Below, piece after piece: positions 61,535 through 64,000 of a DNA stretch of 64,000 nucleotides (positions are counted from its first letter, which is position 1; each line of letters starts with the position of its first letter). Made by a program: the position numbers and the translations under genes. Below the pieces are notes generated by a model. The model made no database searches. It saw only the letters and a program-made list of their open reading frames with translations, and was not told the DNA's origin. Where the stretch lies: NCBI GenBank assembly GCA_016212105.1, contig JACRHJ010000013.1:46782-110781 (forward strand), in the 5' to 3' direction. This stretch comes from Nitrospirota bacterium (GTDB taxonomy: Bacteria > Nitrospirota > JACRHJ01).

Positions 61535-63037
61535 TCAGTGCAGGTAACCGAGGGCCTTGAGCTGCTTCTTGGTCGCCTCGGACATCTCGGCGGCCTCGGC
61601 CTTCTTCAGGCCGGAGACGCTCTTCTCTTTTTCCATGACGAAGGCCTCAATTTCAGACCTGAGCTTCCGGGCCATGTCGGGCCTCCTGGACGATATGTCG
61701 TCGGCCTCCATCGGGTCGCCGGCCTTGTCGTAAAGGAAGCCATCCCGCCCGGGCGAGACGACCATGATGTACTTGTAACCGCCGGACTGGATGCTCTTCT
61801 TCTCGAACCCGGCCACGACCTGCTCGCTGAACGCGGGCATGTCCTTGATGGCGCCGTCACGGACGGCGGAGACGATGTCCGTCCCCTCCAGCGAGCCGGG
61901 CTTGACGGGCAGCCCTGCGAGCCCGAGCAGCGACGGCATGATGTCGATGTTCCTCACCTGGTCCCTGACGCGTCCGGCGGGCACCCCCGGTCCGTGGAAT
62001 ATGAGCGGGACGTCCAGAAGCTCGCGGAAGAGCGTGCGCCCGTGGTCGCAGCCGTAGTAGTCGTCGCCCAGGTCCCTCATGTATTTTGTCTCGAACACGG
62101 CGTGCTCCCAGAACTCCTCGCCATGGTCGGAGGCGATGACGATCACGGTGTCCTCGTACAGGCCGCCCTTCTTCAGGTAGTCCACGAACTTCGCCAGTTC
62201 CGAGTCCAGGAACGCGAGGCCGCCGTCGTAAAACGATACCTTGTGGTCCCGGAAGTCCCTGAACCCGGCGGTGCCGAGCCCCTTGCCGTCAGAATATTTC
62301 CAGTCGTAATACAGCTTCTTTTTTGACGGGTCGAGCGGCATGAACTTCGAGTCGAACGGCGCGGGCGGGCTGGTCGGCGAATGCAGGTCCATCATCTGAA
62401 GGTGCAGGAAGAACGGCCTGCCCTGCCCCCCTGTGTCCGCCCTGAGGCCGTCTATATACTCCCTCGCCGCCCCGAACATCTTGTCCGCCTTGGCGAAGTA
62501 TATGTACCTGGTCTTGTCGAAACCCCGGCTCATTCCGAAGTCCTTGCCGTAGTGCTTGTCGCCCTTCTTCTCCCCCTCCGTCCCCTTGAGGAACGGGTTG
62601 CCGGTGATGCACGCGGTGGCGTATCCGCCGTCGTGGAAGACCTCGGCTATCGAGGCCGCTCCCGCCGGCAGGCCGTGCACCTTGTCGCCCCTGACCGCCT
62701 TGCCGCCGTGCTCGTACTTCACGCCCGCCCCAAGCTGGAACGGGTACCTGGACGAGAACATGCTCGCCATCGACGGCGCGGTCCAGGGCGCCTGCGACAC
62801 CGCGTTCTCAAAGAGAAGCCCTTCACCCGCAAGCCTGTCGATGAACGGGGATGTGTCCCGCCTGTAGCCGTAGCAGCCGAGGTGGTCCTTCCTCAGCGTG
62901 TCCACAAGCACGACTATGACGTTCGGCCTTCCGGAGCGAGGCGGCTTGCCTGAGGCGTCCTCCCTGCCCCCGCAGCCGAGTGAAAAAACCGCCGCGGCCG
63001 CCGCGAGGAGCGCGCAGCGCAAAAACATCGTCCTCAT
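61535..63037 (-). CDS. Sulfatase-family (alkaline-phosphatase superfamily) lipoprotein
   Basis: Lipobox FSLGCGG; N-terminal NVIVVLVDTLRKDHLGCYGY (the sulfatase metal/FGly region with C-x-x-x-x, though not the canonical CxPxR); DHGEEFWEH. Confidence 0.75.
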   Translation of the reverse strand: MRTMFLRCALLAAAAAVFSLGCGGREDASGKPPRSGRPNVIVVLVDTLRKDHLGCYGYRRDTSPFIDRLAGEGLLFENAVSQAPWTAPSMASMFSSRYPFQLGAGVKYEHGGKAVRGDKVHGLPAGAASIAEVFHDGGYATACITGNPFLKGTEGEKKGDKHYGKDFGMSRGFDKTRYIYFAKADKMFGAAREYIDGLRADTGGQGRPFFLHLQMMDLHSPTSPPAPFDSKFMPLDPSKKKLYYDWKYSDGKGLGTAGFRDFRDHKVSFYDGGLAFLDSELAKFVDYLKKGGLYEDTVIVIASDHGEEFWEHAVFETKYMRDLGDDYYGCDHGRTLFRELLDVPLIFHGPGVPAGRVRDQVRNIDIMPSLLGLAGLPVKPGSLEGTDIVSAVRDGAIKDMPAFSEQVVAGFEKKSIQSGGYKYIMVVSPGRDGFLYDKAGDPMEADDISSRRPDMARKLRSEIEAFVMEKEKSVSGLKKAEAAEMSEATKKQLKALGYLH

Positions 63038-63846
63038 GCAACCCTCCTGTCCACCCCACCCGGGAACCGCGCGTCCTTCGAAGCGCAGTACCTGGCGCTC
63101 TCGAAACCCTCGCCCGCCGCCCCGTCCGCCACGACGTCCAGCAGCCGGCCGCCGGCGCCAGCCACGGCATCCTCAACCTCACGCCGCGGTATCACGTTCA
63201 TCGATATCGTGAACACGCCGCCGGGCGTCATGACGGGGGTGGTGGACTTAGCCTCGCCCCGCCCACGGTCCCCGTCAGGGGCCTGGAAGACCGCCAGCCC
63301 GCCCGGACGCACCACGCGGATGAACTCCCTGACGTATCCGAGCGCGTCTTTTTTGTCCATGTGCTGGAGCACGATGTTCGAGTAAACCAGGTCGAACACG
63401 CCGTCCTCGAACGGGAGGACGCAGCGGGTGTTGAGCGTGAACCTCACCCGCCCTCCGAAGCGGTTGTTTTTCTCCGCCAGGTGCAGCATGTCCTTGGAAA
63501 TATCCACGCCGTCTACAGACCCGTAGTGTTCCGCAAGGGCGAAGCTGAGCCTGCCCACACCGCACCCGAAATCGAGCGCGCGGCCGAAACTGTGGCCGGG
63601 GGCCATCCTCCTGACGTACTCGGCCACACGGGCGGCCTCCGCCTTCCCTGTCGCATAGAACTCGGCTTCGTCCCACCTGCCGCCCCGCTTGGACGGGTCG
63701 GTAAGCACGCCCCACAGCGGGTCGTGCCTGCCTATGGCCTCCCAGTTCTTCCTGACCGAGTCGAGACCTTCCTCCTGCCCGATGCCCAGGTACCTTCGGG
63801 CGAGCTTCCAGGCGTAATACTTCATGTATCCGGCGATACGCATCAT
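63034..63846 (-). CDS. Class I SAM-dependent methyltransferase
   Basis: ALDFGCGVGRLSFALA (motif I), DLVYSNIVLQHM; overlaps the sulfatase start by 4 nt. Confidence 0.8.
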   Translation of the reverse strand: MMRIAGYMKYYAWKLARRYLGIGQEEGLDSVRKNWEAIGRHDPLWGVLTDPSKRGGRWDEAEFYATGKAEAARVAEYVRRMAPGHSFGRALDFGCGVGRLSFALAEHYGSVDGVDISKDMLHLAEKNNRFGGRVRFTLNTRCVLPFEDGVFDLVYSNIVLQHMDKKDALGYVREFIRVVRPGGLAVFQAPDGDRGRGEAKSTTPVMTPGGVFTISMNVIPRREVEDAVAGAGGRLLDVVADGAAGEGFESARYCASKDARFPGGVDRRVA

Positions 63847-64000
63847 CCAGCCTTTTGCCCGCCCGCGGCACGCCCCGTGACGAGCCCGAGCCTCCGCGCA
63901 TAGAGCCTGCCCACCGCCTCCGGCGACAGGACGCGCTGCACGGTCTCCCTGGCGTTGACGGACATTCGCCCCCTCGCCTCCGGGTCGCCGTATACCAGCC
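63843..64000 (-). CDS. Partial glycosyltransferase family 1 (GT4-like) C-terminus; N-terminus beyond window
   Basis: Frame reads ...LVYGDPEARGRMSVNARETVQRVLSPEAVGRLYARRLGLVTGRAAGGQKAG*, a typical GT1 C-terminal motif. Its stop overlaps the methyltransferase ATG. Confidence 0.5.
   Translation of the reverse strand, partial: LVYGDPEARGRMSVNARETVQRVLSPEAVGRLYARRLGLVTGRAAGGQKAG

Noticed and set aside
63275-63901. 208-aa alternative-frame ORF over the methyltransferase gene
   Set aside because: Low-complexity Arg/Gly-rich translation. The methyltransferase frame has the SAM-binding motifs.
1-64000. tRNA, rRNA, riboswitch or known ncRNA genes
   Set aside because: No cloverleaf-compatible or conserved-riboswitch sequences were recognised in any gap; the gaps are fully accounted for by repeat modules and promoter regions. 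A covariance-model scan (tRNAscan/Infernal) would be needed for certainty.

Overview
This is a 64 kb segment of a high-GC (~65%) bacterial chromosome with ~60 genes. The gene content (Pcc cytochromes, many MCPs, FmdE, Rrf2) suggests a deltaproteobacterium-like or Nitrospirota-like anaerobe. There are no rRNA, tRNA or CRISPR features. All family assignments below are made by eye from motifs and would need HMM or BLAST confirmation.

Layout:
- 1-14 kb (mostly + strand): housekeeping and sulfur/nickel regulation: a partial Zn-ribbon membrane protein, hflX, guaA, nikR, an ApbE-like protein, an FmdE-like protein, cysK, an Rrf2 regulator, a LysR regulator, a TPR protein and lipoproteins.
- 15-24.7 kb (+ strand): signalling and acetate metabolism: a GAF-GGDEF diguanylate cyclase, a hybrid histidine kinase, ADP-forming acetyl-CoA synthetase and a Pta-N-domain protein.
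- 26.7-54.8 kb: a ~28 kb chemosensory supercluster entirely on the minus strand: cheA, two cheW, two cheY, cheB, cheR, three MCPs, a hybrid HK, and HEAT, GAF, ExeA-like AAA and DUF4388 proteins. Embedded in it are a decaheme cytochrome c plus a beta-barrel porin candidate (an MtoAB/PioAB-like porin-cytochrome module), a COG2984 binding protein, and an MCP whose periplasmic sensor carries a CXXCH heme motif.
- 55-64 kb: atpB-atpE with a clean terminator, rimO, and a minus-strand polysaccharide cluster (two GT2, manC, a sulfatase-family protein, a methyltransferase and a partial GT1).

Two ~45% GC islands look horizontally acquired:
- 3042-4307: an unrecognisable 262-aa protein plus a DUF1232/YkvA membrane protein, sitting between convergent hflX and guaA. 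This is a candidate undescribed defense or toxin-like module.
- 24717-26619: an AAA_21-type ABC ATPase plus a DUF4276 (TOPRIM-like) protein, i.e. an AbiL/OLD-split-like module.

Nearly every intergenic gap over 100 bp is filled by mosaics of short hairpin modules drawn from more than 12 families (e.g. gtcattcccgcgaaagcgggaatcc; gtcacccccgtgaaaacgggggtcc; tttatgtagggg + variable hairpin). Some modules carry nested insertions of another module. A CA-rich tandem element (cgaacacgaaaYacgaacacg) replaces the Shine-Dalgarno region of two unrelated genes.
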